In this document: positions 1 to 11,400 of the stretch, piece after piece
Position numbering within the stretch: position 1 is the first letter of the stretch
Layout of the letters: every line of letters begins with the position of its first letter
NCBI GenBank assembly: GCA_030390025.1
Contig: JASTWF010000332.1
Location: 186,001 to 250,000, forward strand
Origin: Squalus acanthias
Lineage: Eukaryota
Reading direction: 5' to 3'
DNA length: 64,000 nt
Made by a program: the position numbers and the translations under genes
The notes under the pieces: model-generated
What the model was told of the DNA's origin: nothing
The model's input: only the letters and a program-made list of their open reading frames with translations
Databases searched by the model: none

Positions 1-134
1 TCGTGCCATGGTCGCCAAAAACCTACAGGTCAGTAATGAATTAAACCATAGAACATAAAGCCTGAAATGTGTTGGTTCTCCTGCATCATAAGTAAAGAAA
101 TCAAAAATGAGATCTCGTAAAATGATGTCTTCAT

Positions 135-596
135 GTGTCAGCTGTATCTCAATTGGTAGCACTCTCGCCTCTGAGTCAGAAGGTTGTGGGTTCAAGTCCC
201 ACTCCATGGACTTGAGCACAAAAATCTAGGCCGAAACTCCAGTGCAGTACTGAGGGAGTGCTGCACTGTCAGAGGTGCTGTCTTTCGGATGAGATCGCGG
301 CCCCATCTGCTCTCTCAGGTAGACATAAAAGATCCCATGGCACTGTTTCGAAGAAGAGCAGGGGAGTTTTCCCCGGTGTCCTGGACAATATTTATCCCTC
401 AACCAACATCACTAAAATAGATTATCTGGTCATTATCACATTGCTGTTTGTGGGAGCTTACTGTGCGCAAATTGGCTGCCGCGTTTCCTACATTACAACA
501 GTGACTACATTCCAAAAAGTACTTAATTGGCTGTAAAGTGCTTTGGGACGTCCGGTGGTCGTGAAAGGCGCTATATAAATGCAAGTCTTTCTTTCT
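135..596 (+). mobile_element. Full-length tRNA-headed SINE, SacSINE1/Deu-SINE-like, with L2-type tail
   Basis: Box A-like (tcaattggtag) and box B (ggttcaagtccc) motifs; body repeated many times in the window; tail gcgctatataaatgcaagt plus (cttt)n. Confidence 0.85.
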
Positions 597-1749
597 ATAT
601 GCGGCACATCATGGCTGACAAAATGTGCACGGCACTGCACGAGGACAGGATATAACCACTCAATCCACCTTCCAGATCCATGGCAACAGCCAAAAGGAGC
701 TTGGCTTACAAACCCCAGGGTCTCGGTATAATCAAGACACGAGAAATGATTGGTTTTCACCAGACGGCTGCCTTCTTATCCTGTGTTGGAGGCTACATCA
801 TCAATCATATAATAATCAACAACAATCACATAAAATAAAGCTGCAGAACGTGTCAATGGTCTATTCTCAACAGGCGTGGAGAATCTGATGTGACCTTAAA
901 TTGAATGGCAGATGTGACAGTGACAGAACTTTCTTAGTGACACATCTGTCAGCTGAAGGAACAGACAAGGTGCTTTGGTTTGTAAATATGCCACGCTGTG
1001 CTTTGCTTCACTGTAAAGCAGGTTGTGCTTGATCTGTAATTATGCTGCAAACAGAGGCAGCCCCAACTCTAGGGACAGTGTTGTAACACAAAGGCGGCAG
1101 CGCTAGTACCTGCGCCAGCCCAAAGACCTAGTGCAGGAGGCTGGTTACACACACACACACTCTGCAGGAAGTGATGCGAGTCCGGGCAGCGGAATTAATT
1201 GGCCATTGCCAGTTGCCGCGGGCCACCGGATTTTCCAGCTGGGGCCGGGCTGACGAGCTTTTAGTTTTCCAGGCCTGCGTGGACCTTCCGCCCCAGTCAG
1301 TCACAATTGCAGCTTCAAAGGACGGCACGCGTCTAATGTACACAGGGCAGATTGAACAGCACTGGGCACCTCAGCCAAATGCTTCACGTGGAAATGGTTC
1401 CAGTGATATATTAAAAACAGGGGCAATTTAGCTCCCATGCACTCAGCCAGAATAGGAAGGTGATTTTCTGAATGGAACAGTATGAATTAAGTGTGTCTGC
1501 TGTGTTTGAATGGTCTGATCTGGTTCGAAGAGGAACGGAGTGTACAGCGGTGAAGACATTCGCTTCACACACTCAGGTACTGGTCACAGAGCAGCCAGGC
1601 ACTCAAGCCACAAGATGATTTATTTTTAAACGACGGCGCCCATTTAGTTTGGACAATGGGAGATCGCCATTCCTGCACCAGCTGCCTACATTTACAGTGC
1701 TAAAATTGGTCCCTAATTCTGATGGTTGTACACCCGCATCCTCATCTTT

Positions 1750-1960
1750 CCCCAGGGACTGTGCCTTGACCTGGTGGGAAGGATTGTGTGCTCCTATGAC
1801 CCCGAGAGCTATGCTGACGGGAGTGCAACTCCTGGTAGGGCCACCCAACCCAGAAAGGTCGGAGCCAGACTAAAGGCCAGTCCTCCTGGTCATGGCGTGC
1901 GAGTCAGACCAACAACCCGTCTGTGGAAAAATGCCTTTTGTCACGAAAATAACCCAGAGA
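1750..1960 (+). mobile_element. RTE-clade (Expander/BovB-like) 5' UTR fragment
   Basis: The motif string gccttgacctggtggg...ctcctatgaccccgagagctatgc...cctggtagggccacccaa resembles the conserved 5' region of RTE elements (recalled, not searched). Confidence 0.55.
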
Positions 1961-2514
1961 CAAAACAATTCTGTCACAGACTTGCAAATATAAACATCAA
2001 CTGTGGAGAATCACAATCTGCTGGATGTAAGGCAAGATAATACTCCGATCAGAGTCAAGTATCTTGCTCTGGATAGACAGCAGTGCAAGAAATGGGTTGC
2101 CCCATGTACCAGTGGGCACAGGAGACTAACCAACTAACTGCATCTTCATGGGCCTACAATTCTGCCACTGGAATAAGGCAGCTGACTTTAGCAATATAAA
2201 CAGAGAGAGGCAATGAGCAAACGTGGCTCTCTCATGGTTCAAACTAATGCACCAATACAAAACTGCCTACAGTTATCTACAAGAGTTTCATTTTTAAGAA
2301 AACCAGATGTCTAACCTGGTTATATATTTCACCACCAGAGACCATTAAAGAACCAGTTTTGTCGTGTAAAAGGTTTGTAAAATGTCCAGTAAAGTTTTCA
2401 AATTAAAATTCCAATTGATTTCAGTCATTAAGTTTGATCATTAAAAAAGTGAGGAACTGGATTTCCAGATGTCCCTCTAAAAAAAGATTTATTAACAGAA
2501 AGATTAAAGTTTTA

Positions 2515-2519
<5 letters not shown>

Positions 2520-2589
<70 letters not shown>

Positions 2590-2605
2590 TATATATATAT
2601 ATATG
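2520..2605. repeat. Compound (TG)n(TA)n microsatellite
   Basis: Directly visible. Confidence 0.97.
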
Positions 2606-2873
2606 CGAGAGATAGATAAAACCTGGGAACTGTCTCTCCATGGTACGTGACAAATCCCTGGTTCAGATTGTAGAGCATGATTAGGTCATATTGTCATGTG
2701 ACATTATGATACTGTTGGGCTTCTCTTTAGAACAAAGATTTCTTTCACCAATTGAAAACGCGAGAGTAGTAAAGGTTGAATGATAATCAGATGTAAAACC
2801 AGGGATATCATGTCACTGGCCCAGGCTGTACTTCCACATCTGCCGCCCGCCTCAGAGCCAGTGTGCTCACTAT

Positions 2874-3294
2874 CAACAACAACAACAACTTGCATTTATA
2901 CAGCACCTTTAACGCAGTGAAACGTCCCAAAGTGCTTCACAGGAGCGCTTTCAAACAAAATTTGACACCGAGCCACGTAAGGAGATATTAGGACAGGCGA
3001 CCAAAGGCTTGGTCATGGAGGTAGCTTTTAGGGAGCATCTTAAAGAAGGAGAGAGGGGTAGAGAGGCGGAGAGGTTTAGAGAGGGAATTCCAGAGCTCGG
3101 GCCCAGGCAGCTGAAGGCACAGCCGCCAATGGCGGAGCGAAGAAAATCGGGGAGACAAGAGCCAGAATTAGAAGAGCACAGAGATCGCGAAAGGTTCTAG
3201 GGCTGGAGGAGGTTACAGAATAGGGAGGGGCGAAGCCATGGAGGGATTTGAAAACAAGGATGGGAATTTTAAAATCGAAACGCTGCCGGACCAG
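2874..3294 (-). mobile_element. L2-type LINE 3' fragment
   Basis: (caa)n tail followed by cttgcatttata...; homologous to 16285-16816 and 63480-64000. Confidence 0.8.
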
Positions 3295-3441
3295 TTACAC
3301 TGTGCACTAAAGGAGCTCAATAGAATTAAAATGCACTGCTTATGGAGTATCAAGCAGTGGGGTTTTAATTCTGGAATTTACCCCCCCCACCCAAGGGTAA
3401 ACTCCCTTGTATTTATTCAAAAGCAAGGTGCTAGATATCTA

Positions 3442-3503
3442 GAATAAAAACAGAAAATGCTGGAAACACTCAGCAGGTCAGGCAGCATTTGTGGAGAGAG
3501 GAA
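3442..3503 (-). mobile_element. Penelope-like element 3' tail fragment
   Basis: aacagaaaatgctggaaacactcagcaggtcaggcagcat is the reverse complement of the tail at ~38695-38750. Confidence 0.7.
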
Positions 3504-3935
3504 GTCTACTTAAATACCCTCATTTAAGACAACACATAGTGCAATGTTTACTTTTAAAGAGTTGGGTGAAGCAGCCCGAGGTCGGGCTAGTTTCAGCTCA
3601 CTGACTTTGGCACAGTGATAGCAGGATTCAGATCTAGGCATAAAGGCTGCAGTGCTGGTAAAATAAACGTCATTTAATTCATATATTGAAGCCAGGAGTA
3701 AGCTTAGAATTCCTAGTTCATACAGACATCGGCCTTTACTCAAAACAAATTAAAGCTTGGTTGCCAACTGGCCCAGCAAACAGTTGCACAGGTTTGAACT
3801 TTTCCACTTGGTACTACATCCATGCTTTAAAAAGAAATCACTTTCCTAGCAAAAGGCAACTGGTTTCATGTTGTCTCAATCTCATTGTACCCCAGAGTAG
3901 ACAATGCTCTTAATCTGCTCTCTACCAACAGCAAT

Positions 3936-4078
3936 AAAAAACAGATTAACTGCTTACTTATCAGACTATTTGTGGGATCTTGCTGTGCGCACAGTGGCTA
4001 CCACATTTACCTATGTAACACCGTTTCAAAATAATTCATTGTACGTGAAGCATTTTAGGACATTTTTGAGTGATGTGA
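3936..4078 (+). mobile_element. Degenerate 3' half of Deu-like SINE
   Basis: tttgtgggatcttgctgtgcgca... matches the SINE body at 135-596. Confidence 0.6.
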
Positions 4079-4454
4079 CTGAGTTTTCTCCAAGTACATT
4101 TCCGTCATACCCAATAAAACAAAGCCCGCTTCCATCGACAAGCACTCTCATTCCCCTATGAACGGAGGCATAACTGTGTGCAGGTAATGTGCAATAGTGC
4201 AGCCTGACAACAGACACGTTCATTTTCTCTGGATTAGATGTAGGATTTCCACTGTGTATCGGTCACTTAATAAGACAACAAATGTCAGACACTACACTAT
4301 CAAAACAGGATTATTCACAGAAATAAGCATTTATAGCCAGTCGTTGAAGTCAGTTCAAATAACAAAGCAGCTTTGAACCAGTTAATGAAAGGGTTAAACA
4401 AACAAACCGATCGGTCTAGTTCTTTTGAATGGCTTTCTTTGAAGATCTTTCAAG

Positions 4455-4690
4455 CAACAACAACTTGCATTTATCTAGCACCTTTAATACAGTAAAACAT
4501 CCCAAGGCGCTTCACAGGACATCAGACAAAATGTGACACTGAGCCAAAGGAGATATCAGGACAGGTGACCAAACACTTAGGTTTTAAGGAGTGTCTTAAA
4601 AGGAGGAGAGAGAGGTGGAGAGGTTTAGGGAGAGAACGCCAGAGCTTGAGGCCTAGACAGCTGAAGGCACGGCCGCCAATGCTGGGGCAA
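4455..4690 (-). mobile_element. L2-type LINE 3' fragment
   Basis: Same tail and body as 2874-3294. Confidence 0.8.
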
Positions 4691-4899
4691 GACAGCCATT
4701 TGTTGCAAAGGGAGTAGTTACCCGATCCCGACCGATCCGTCTTTCTTGAAATTATGTCGGCGTTCCTACCTACACGGTTATGTTTTGCCTTCGTGTCTGT
4801 TGTAAAGCCAAGTGTCTGATTTCTATGCCTCTGTCGTGCGGAAGTGCCTCTAGTGACTGCAGCCCTGGGATATCTTCCCTGAGTACCTATTCTTCCCGA

Positions 4900-5190
4900 C
4901 AAAACCTAGACCACGAATGCGGACAGGCTACATGCTCATGGGATTACAGCGAGCCTGGTCCCATCATTGTCCAACGTCTGCACATCCAGATTACTGGACA
5001 GTGATGAGTAATCAGACGCTTACCGACTTTTTTTTCCCTGCTCTCCCCAGCCAAAAGATACTGAGGCCAATTTTAGTGCCGCATCACTTCGCTGGGATCA
5101 GGTAACCACATAGATTCGGGCTCAGAACTGAGACCTTCCCGTATGACTGAGTAACACATGGGTGGTTCGTTTTCCCAGAAGCCATTGGGC
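4900..5190 (-). mobile_element. Old SINE remnant (possibly LF-SINE-like)
   Basis: Degenerate similarity to 30770-30935 (+) and 40640-40760 (-); family name is from recalled motifs only. Confidence 0.35.
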
Positions 5191-5424
5191 GAAGATGTGA
5201 AGTAATTTTTAATGCAAGCTATCAGCAACAACTTATGGAATTTCTACAATGGATCATGAAACGTGACAGGTCAGTGTGCTAGCCCTCTGGAGCACTAGTA
5301 TGAGGTGGGCTTGATCTGGCAATTACCTGATCTTTCCTAGATGTTCATGGAAAGGCAGAGAATAGAAACTGGCCACTGTGCAACAGGGTGGGAGGGGAGG
5401 AGAACTGTGGTGAGTGAGACTCCT

Positions 5425-5864
5425 AGGCCGGGAATTTACCCCCCTCACTTACCCAGCTGGAGCAGTGTGTGTGGGATGGGTTAAATTCTGAAAAAAAAAG
5501 TCTCGCTCCCGGCTCTAACCACTGCCATAAATTTTATGACGGTGAATCATACCATCGACGAGGCTCCCGATAAAGGCCGTGATGTCCTGATACTGGCCGG
5601 GATTTTAACACCCTCCCCCGCCCCCACATAACCCCCCGATAACCTTCAGACCCGTCCTCCCACTGACTGCTGGGGATCGTTCCCATGGCTGGCGCGGATT
5701 CCTGCTTCCACCCGCCAGGCTGTCAATCTGGCTGGGTGTCAGGCGGGAACGCTGCAAACTTTTATTTAAATGGGCCCTTGCCGTTAATATCAGCCGGGCC
5801 TCCACGTCTCCTGAATTCTCCGGGAGCACCGCTCGCTACCCTCCCCCAGTAAAAACCGAGGCCG
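5425..5864. mobile_element. Non-autonomous TIR element (MITE, PIF/Harbinger-like)
   Basis: Imperfect termini ggccgggaatttac ... gtaaaaaccgaggcc with a GC-rich interior like the other MITEs in the window. Confidence 0.5.
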
Positions 5865-6521
5865 CAGTCTCCGATTATAGGGCCTCTCAGACAAGGGAGG
5901 TGGTTGGGGGAAACAGTAAAATACGTGTGAACTGAGCTGGGAGAAGGCAGCCTTCTGTAATATTATTTCCTTACACAGGTGAAAGGTCAAATACCTCACA
6001 CAAACAGGCAGATACCTGGGTCCATCCAAAGGTTTGAGAGTCTTCTGTAGATATGTATTGCCATCACAGGCTGATCCCTTGAAATAGAGTCTAGATCTGA
6101 TTCATTTTTTTTTTAAAAAGGGACTTCCCTTAACATCTTACAACTGAGGAACATTTCTCATCTTCACATGCATCACTGGAGCACTGTGTCCATTCCCATG
6201 GCAACTACGACACATAGAACACACTTACGGGAATTATCGATACCTTCTCAAAAACATGAACTTACTGAGCTGCACAACCACTCAACGGATAAAACCACCA
6301 GAGAACTCGCCAATGTATTTGTGTGTGTTTTAATGCACGGCAGAGGAATCCTAGATGTGATAATAAGCCAGCCCAGCCATTGCCTGATCACACAGCAGGG
6401 TGCAGCTTGCTGTATGTAAGCAACAAATGTTCACTGGCTGCTCGTAAACTTTGAACTTGATAACTCGTTCATTCTCAGCATACCCGCACAACACTGTTGC
6501 CCACTGGGAGCATCAACTCAC

Positions 6522-6580
6522 CTGTAGATAGGATCCTGCATGATCAGCATCTTGCTCTCATCCCAGGTCCATTCTTTTTT
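6522..6580 (-). CDS. NOS1AP: NOS1AP (CAPON) internal coding exon, PTB domain (equivalent to human exon 4)
   Basis: The minus strand reads tttccctttttttttcag|AAAAAAGAATGG...ATCTACAG|gtgagt: 59 nt. It translates to [19 protein letters not shown](R), matching recalled NOS1AP [20 protein letters not shown] and continuing in frame from the exon at 30000-30092. Confidence 0.96.
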
Positions 6581-6739
6581 CTGAAAAAAAAAGGGAAACA
6601 TTACTTAACAGACCTCCAGTAATAAGTTGTCAACTAACCTTAAAGTAGCCATGATGTGGAGATGCCGGTGTTGGACTGGGGTGGACAAATGTGAGAAGTC
6701 GCACAACACCAGGTTATAGTCCAACAGCTTTATTTGAAA

Positions 6740-6776
6740 TCACAAGCTTTCGGAGCTCTGCTCCTTCATCAGGTGA
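6740..6776 (-). ncRNA. Minimal type I hammerhead ribozyme (sense to NOS1AP pre-mRNA)
   Basis: The minus strand reads TCAC-CTGATGA-A-GGAGC aga GCTCC-GAAA-GC-TT^GTGA: intact core, stem I TCAC/GTGA, stem II 5 bp, palindromic stem III (AGCT). Confidence 0.75.
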
Positions 6777-6778
6777 AG

Positions 6779-6815
6779 TGACCTGACGAAGGAGCAGCGC
6801 TCCGAAAGCTTGTGA
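6779..6815 (+). ncRNA. Minimal type I hammerhead ribozyme (one stem I mismatch)
   Basis: TGAC-CTGACGA-A-GGAGC agc GCTCC-GAAA-GC-TT^GTGA. Confidence 0.65.
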
Positions 6816-6906
6816 TTTCAAATAAAGCTGTTGGACTATAACCTGGTGTTGTGCGACTTCTCACATTTAACCTTAAAGTGTTAGACCTGCAGTGGTACAG
6901 AGGGAG

Positions 6907-8453
6907 ACATAAGAACGCAAGAACATAAGAAACAGGAGCAGGAGTTGGTCATTCGGCCCCTCGAGCCTGCTCCGCCATTCAATAAGATCATGGCTGATCT
7001 TCTACCTCAACTCCACTTTCCTGCACTATCCCCCTAGCCCTTGATTCCCTTAATATCCAAAAATCGATCTCTGTCTTGAATATACTCAATGACTGAGCCT
7101 CCACAGCCCTCTGGGGTAGAGAATTCCAAAGGTTCACAACCCTTTGAGTGAAGAAATTTCTCCTCATCTCAGTCCTAAATGGCCCACCCCTTATTCTGAG
7201 ACTGTGCTCCCTGGTTCTAGACTCCCCAGCCAGGGGAAACATCCTCCCTGCATCTACCCTGTCAAGCCCTGTAAGAATGTTGTATGTTTCAATGAGATCA
7301 CCTCTCATTCTTCTAAACTCCAGAGAATATAAGCCTAGTCTACTCAATCTCTCCTCCTAGGACAATCCCCCCATCCCAGGAATCAGTCCGGTGAACCTTC
7401 GTTGCACTCCCTCTATGGCAAGTATATCCGTCCTTAGGTAAGGAGACCAAAATGATACACAATACTCCAGGTGTGGTCTCACCAGGGTCCTATATAATTG
7501 CAGGAAGACGTCTTTACTCTTATACTCAAATCCTCTTGTAATAAAGGCCAACATACCATTTGCTTTCCTAATTGCTTGCTGTACCTGCATGCTAACTTTC
7601 AGTGATTCGTGTACAAGGACACCCAGGTCCCTCTGAACACCAACATTTCCCAACCTCTCACCATTTAAAAAATACTCTGCTTTACTATTTTTCCTACCAA
7701 AGTGGATAACTTCACATTTCTCCACATTATATTGCCTTGTTCTAGCCTTAGCCTGTCTATGTCCCCTTGAAGCCTCCTTGCATCTTCCTCACAACTTACA
7801 TTCCCACCTAGCTTTGTATCATCAGCAAACTTGGATATATTACATTTGGTCCCCTCATCCAAATCATTGATATAGATTATGAGTAGCTCAGGCCCAAGCA
7901 CTGATCCTTGCGGTACCCCACTAGTTAGAGCCTGCCAACCCGAAAATGACCCTTTTATTCCTACTCTGTTTTCTGTCCGTTAACCAATCCTCAATCCATG
8001 CTATTATATTACCCCCAATCCCATGAGCCATAATTTTGTTTAATAACCTCGTGTGGCACCTTATCAAATGCCTTCTGAAAATCCAAATACACCACGTCCA
8101 CTGATTCCCCCTTATCTATCCAGCTCGTTACAAGAACGTAAGAACATAAGAAACAGGAGTAGGAGTCAGCCAAAAAACTCGATTTGTCAAACAAGATTTT
8201 CCATTCATAAACCAGTGTTGATTCTGCCCAATCCTTTTATTACTTTTGAAGTGCCCAGTTACCACGTCCTTAATAATAGATTCTAGCATTTTCCCCAACT
8301 ACTGATGTCAGGCTAACGGGCCTGTAGTTCCCCGTTTTCTCTCTCCCTCCTTTCTTATATAGTGGGGTTACATTTGCTACCTTCCAATTTTGGAAGATGA
8401 CAACCAATGCATCCACTATCTCTATAGCCACCTCTTTCAAAACCCTAGGATGT
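6907..8453 (-). mobile_element. CR1 LINE (HER1-like, family A), 3' part of the outer element; RT pseudogene
   Basis: RT motifs [30 protein letters not shown] and RPHLEYC..FWSP in ORFs 8009-8194, 7665-7901, 7357-7725 and 6988-7347; (aagaacat)n tail at 6907-6930. Confidence 0.93.
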
Positions 8454-11400
8454 CATAGAGTCATAGAGGTACAGGGGGCCGTCATTCGGCCCATCAAATC
8501 CATGCCAGCTCTCTGTAGAGCAATCAAGTCAGTCGCACTCCCCCGCTCTATCCCCGTAGCCCTGCAAGTTTATTTCCCTCAAGTGCCTATCCAGTCTCCC
8601 CTTGAAAACATTGAGTATCTCCGCTTCCACCACTTCCGTCGGCAGCGAGTTCCACGTCCTCACCACTCGCTGCGTAAAAAGGTTTTTCCTCACATCCCCC
8701 CTGTATCTCTTGCCCAAAAACTTAAATCTGTGTCCCCTAGTCCTTGTACCATCAACTAGTGGGAACAACCTTTCCCCATCTAGCCTATCCAAACACATCA
8801 TAATCTTGTACACCTCTATCAAATCATCCCTCAACCTCCTTTGCTCTAATAAAAACAAATCCAGCTTCTCCAACTTGTCCTTGTAGCTAAGATCCCCAAT
8901 CCCCGGAACCATTCTCATAAATCTCCTCTGCACCCTCTCAAGGGCCTTCACATCCTTCCTAAAGTGTGGTGACCAGAACTGGACACAATACTCCAGTTGT
9001 GGCCTAACCAGCACTTTATAAAGGTTCAGCATAACTTCTCTACTTTTGTACTCAATACCTCTATTTATGAAGCCCAAGATCCCATAGGCTTTGCTAACCA
9101 CTCTCTCAATATGTCCTGCCACCTTCAGGGACCTATGCACATTAACTCCCAGGTCCCTCTCTGAAACTGTGCCAAGTTTGGTGTCATCGGCAAATTTAGA
9201 AATTCTACTCTGTATTCCAATATCCAGGTCATTTATATACATCAAAAAAAGCAGTGGCCCCAGCACTGACCCTTGGGAAACACCACCGTCTACCATCCTC
9301 CAGTCTGAAAAACAGCCATTTACCACAACTCGCTTTGTTTTGTATCCTTATGCCAATTCCTTATCCAAGCTGCCACTGACCCACCTATTCCATGAGCCTC
9401 AATTTTGTTAACCAGCCTTCTATGTGGTACTTTGTCAAACACCTTTCTAAAATCCATGTCGACAACATCCATTGCATTCCCGTCATCAATCATTACTTCA
9501 TCAAAAATTCAATTAGATTAGTCAAACACGATCTGCCTTTTACAAAGAGTTGGCTCTCTTTAATTAGCTTAAACCTCCCCAAGTGCCCGTTAATTTTTTC
9601 CTTGATTATTGTTTCTAAAACTTTACCCACCACTGATATTAAACTGACCGGCCTGTAGTTACTAGTATTGTCCTTGCACCCTTTCTTGAACAATGGTGTC
9701 ACATTTGCCATTTTCCAATCCTCAGGCACCTCCCCCGCATATAGGGAAGATTGGAAAATTATGGCAAGCCCTTCCACTATCTCCTCCCCCAATTCCCTTA
9801 GCAATCTGGGATGCAAGCCATCTGGACCAGGCGACTTATCCACTCTAAGCATACCCAGCCTTTCTAGTACATCCTGTCTATCAATTTTCACCCCTTCCAT
9901 TGCTTCTACCTTTTCCACTTCTACTGATATTTTGTCAGCATCCACCTCCTTAGTAAACACCGATACAAAGTACTCATTGAGTATTCTAGCCTTGCCCTGC
10001 GCCTCTAAGCATAGATCACATTCTTTGTCCCTAATAGACCCCACCCCGCCTCTTACTACCTGCTTACTGTTTATATGCCGGTAGAAGATTTTTGGGTTGC
10101 CTTTTATGTTAACCGCCATTCTACTCTCATATTCTCTCTTTGCCAATCTTATTTTCATCTTCACTCCACCTCTCAACTTATTGTATTTGGTCTGGTTCTC
10201 CCTTGAAGTATTTACCTGACATGCATCATACACCATCTTTTTTTGTTTCATCATCTTCTCTATCTCCCTCGTCATCCAAGGAGCCCTTGCTTTGGTTCCT
10301 TTACCCTTCCCTCTTGTTGGACTGTACCTAGCCTGTACTTGGAACATCTCCTCCTTAAAGATCACCCATTGTTCGATTACAGTTTTTTCTGTCATACTTT
10401 GGTTCCATTTTACTCTGGCTAGATCCTTTCGCATCCCATTGAAGTTAGCCCTATTCCAGTTTAGAAGTTCCACTCTAGATTGTTCCTTGCTCCTCTCCAT
10501 TGCTAATCTAAATCTTATGATACGACGATCACTCGTACCCAAGTGTTTTCCCTCAGACACTTGGTCGACCTGGCCTACCTCATTCCCCAGCACCAGATCT
10601 AGCAATGCCTCCTTCCTAGTTGGGCCAAGAACTTATTGGTCAAGGAAATTCTCCTGAACACATTTCAGAAATTCCTCCCCCTCCGTTCCCTTTACCCTAG
10701 CATTATCCCAATTGACATTTGGGTAATTAAAGTCCCCCAATATCACCACTCTATAGCTCTTGCATATCTCTGCGATTTCCCTGCAGATTTGGTCCTCTAC
10801 CTCCCTCTCACTATTTGGAGGCCTATAGAATACCCCCAATAGCGTGATCATACCCTTTTTGCTACTCAACTCTAACCAAATGGATTCTGTCCTTGTCCCC
10901 TGAAGAACATCCTCTCTTTCCAACACTACAATGTCTTCCTTAATCAGCACTGCCATCCCACCTCTCTTTTTTCCTTCCCTATCTTTTCTGAACACCTTGT
11001 ACCCTTGAATATTAAGTGCCCAGTCCTCACCGTTTAAGCCACGTTTCCCTTATTGCCACAATATCATATTGCCACACGGCTAATTGTGCTTGTAGCTCAC
11101 CAACCTTATTCACCAAACTTTGTGCGTTTACGTACATGCATTCTAAACCCATTTTTGAATTTTTCGTAGTCTTTCTTAGTCTGCTCCTATCTAATATACT
11201 ACTTCCGCCTCTAGTACTACTTTCTTCTCTAGTACTATCCAACACTCTCACTCTTTTATGCACCTTATTCCTCTTTTCTACTCCTACATGCTGGTGCCCA
11301 TCCCCCTGCCAAGCTAGTTTAAACCCTCCCCAACAGCACTAGCAAACCTCCCCACGAGAATATTTGTCCCAGCTCTGATGAAGCGTAACCCGTCCGGCTT

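Larger units (their letters stand above)
6647..6867. mobile_element. Penelope-derived palindromic mini-element with two hammerhead cores and a 12-bp TSD
   Basis: Arms 6687-6774 and 6781-6868 are complementary at 86/88 positions with a 6-nt loop; TAACCTTAAAGT is duplicated at 6635-6646 and 6868-6879. Confidence 0.85.

Noticed and set aside
2421..2678. ORFs with YIYIYI runs
   Set aside because: Translation of the (TA)n microsatellite.
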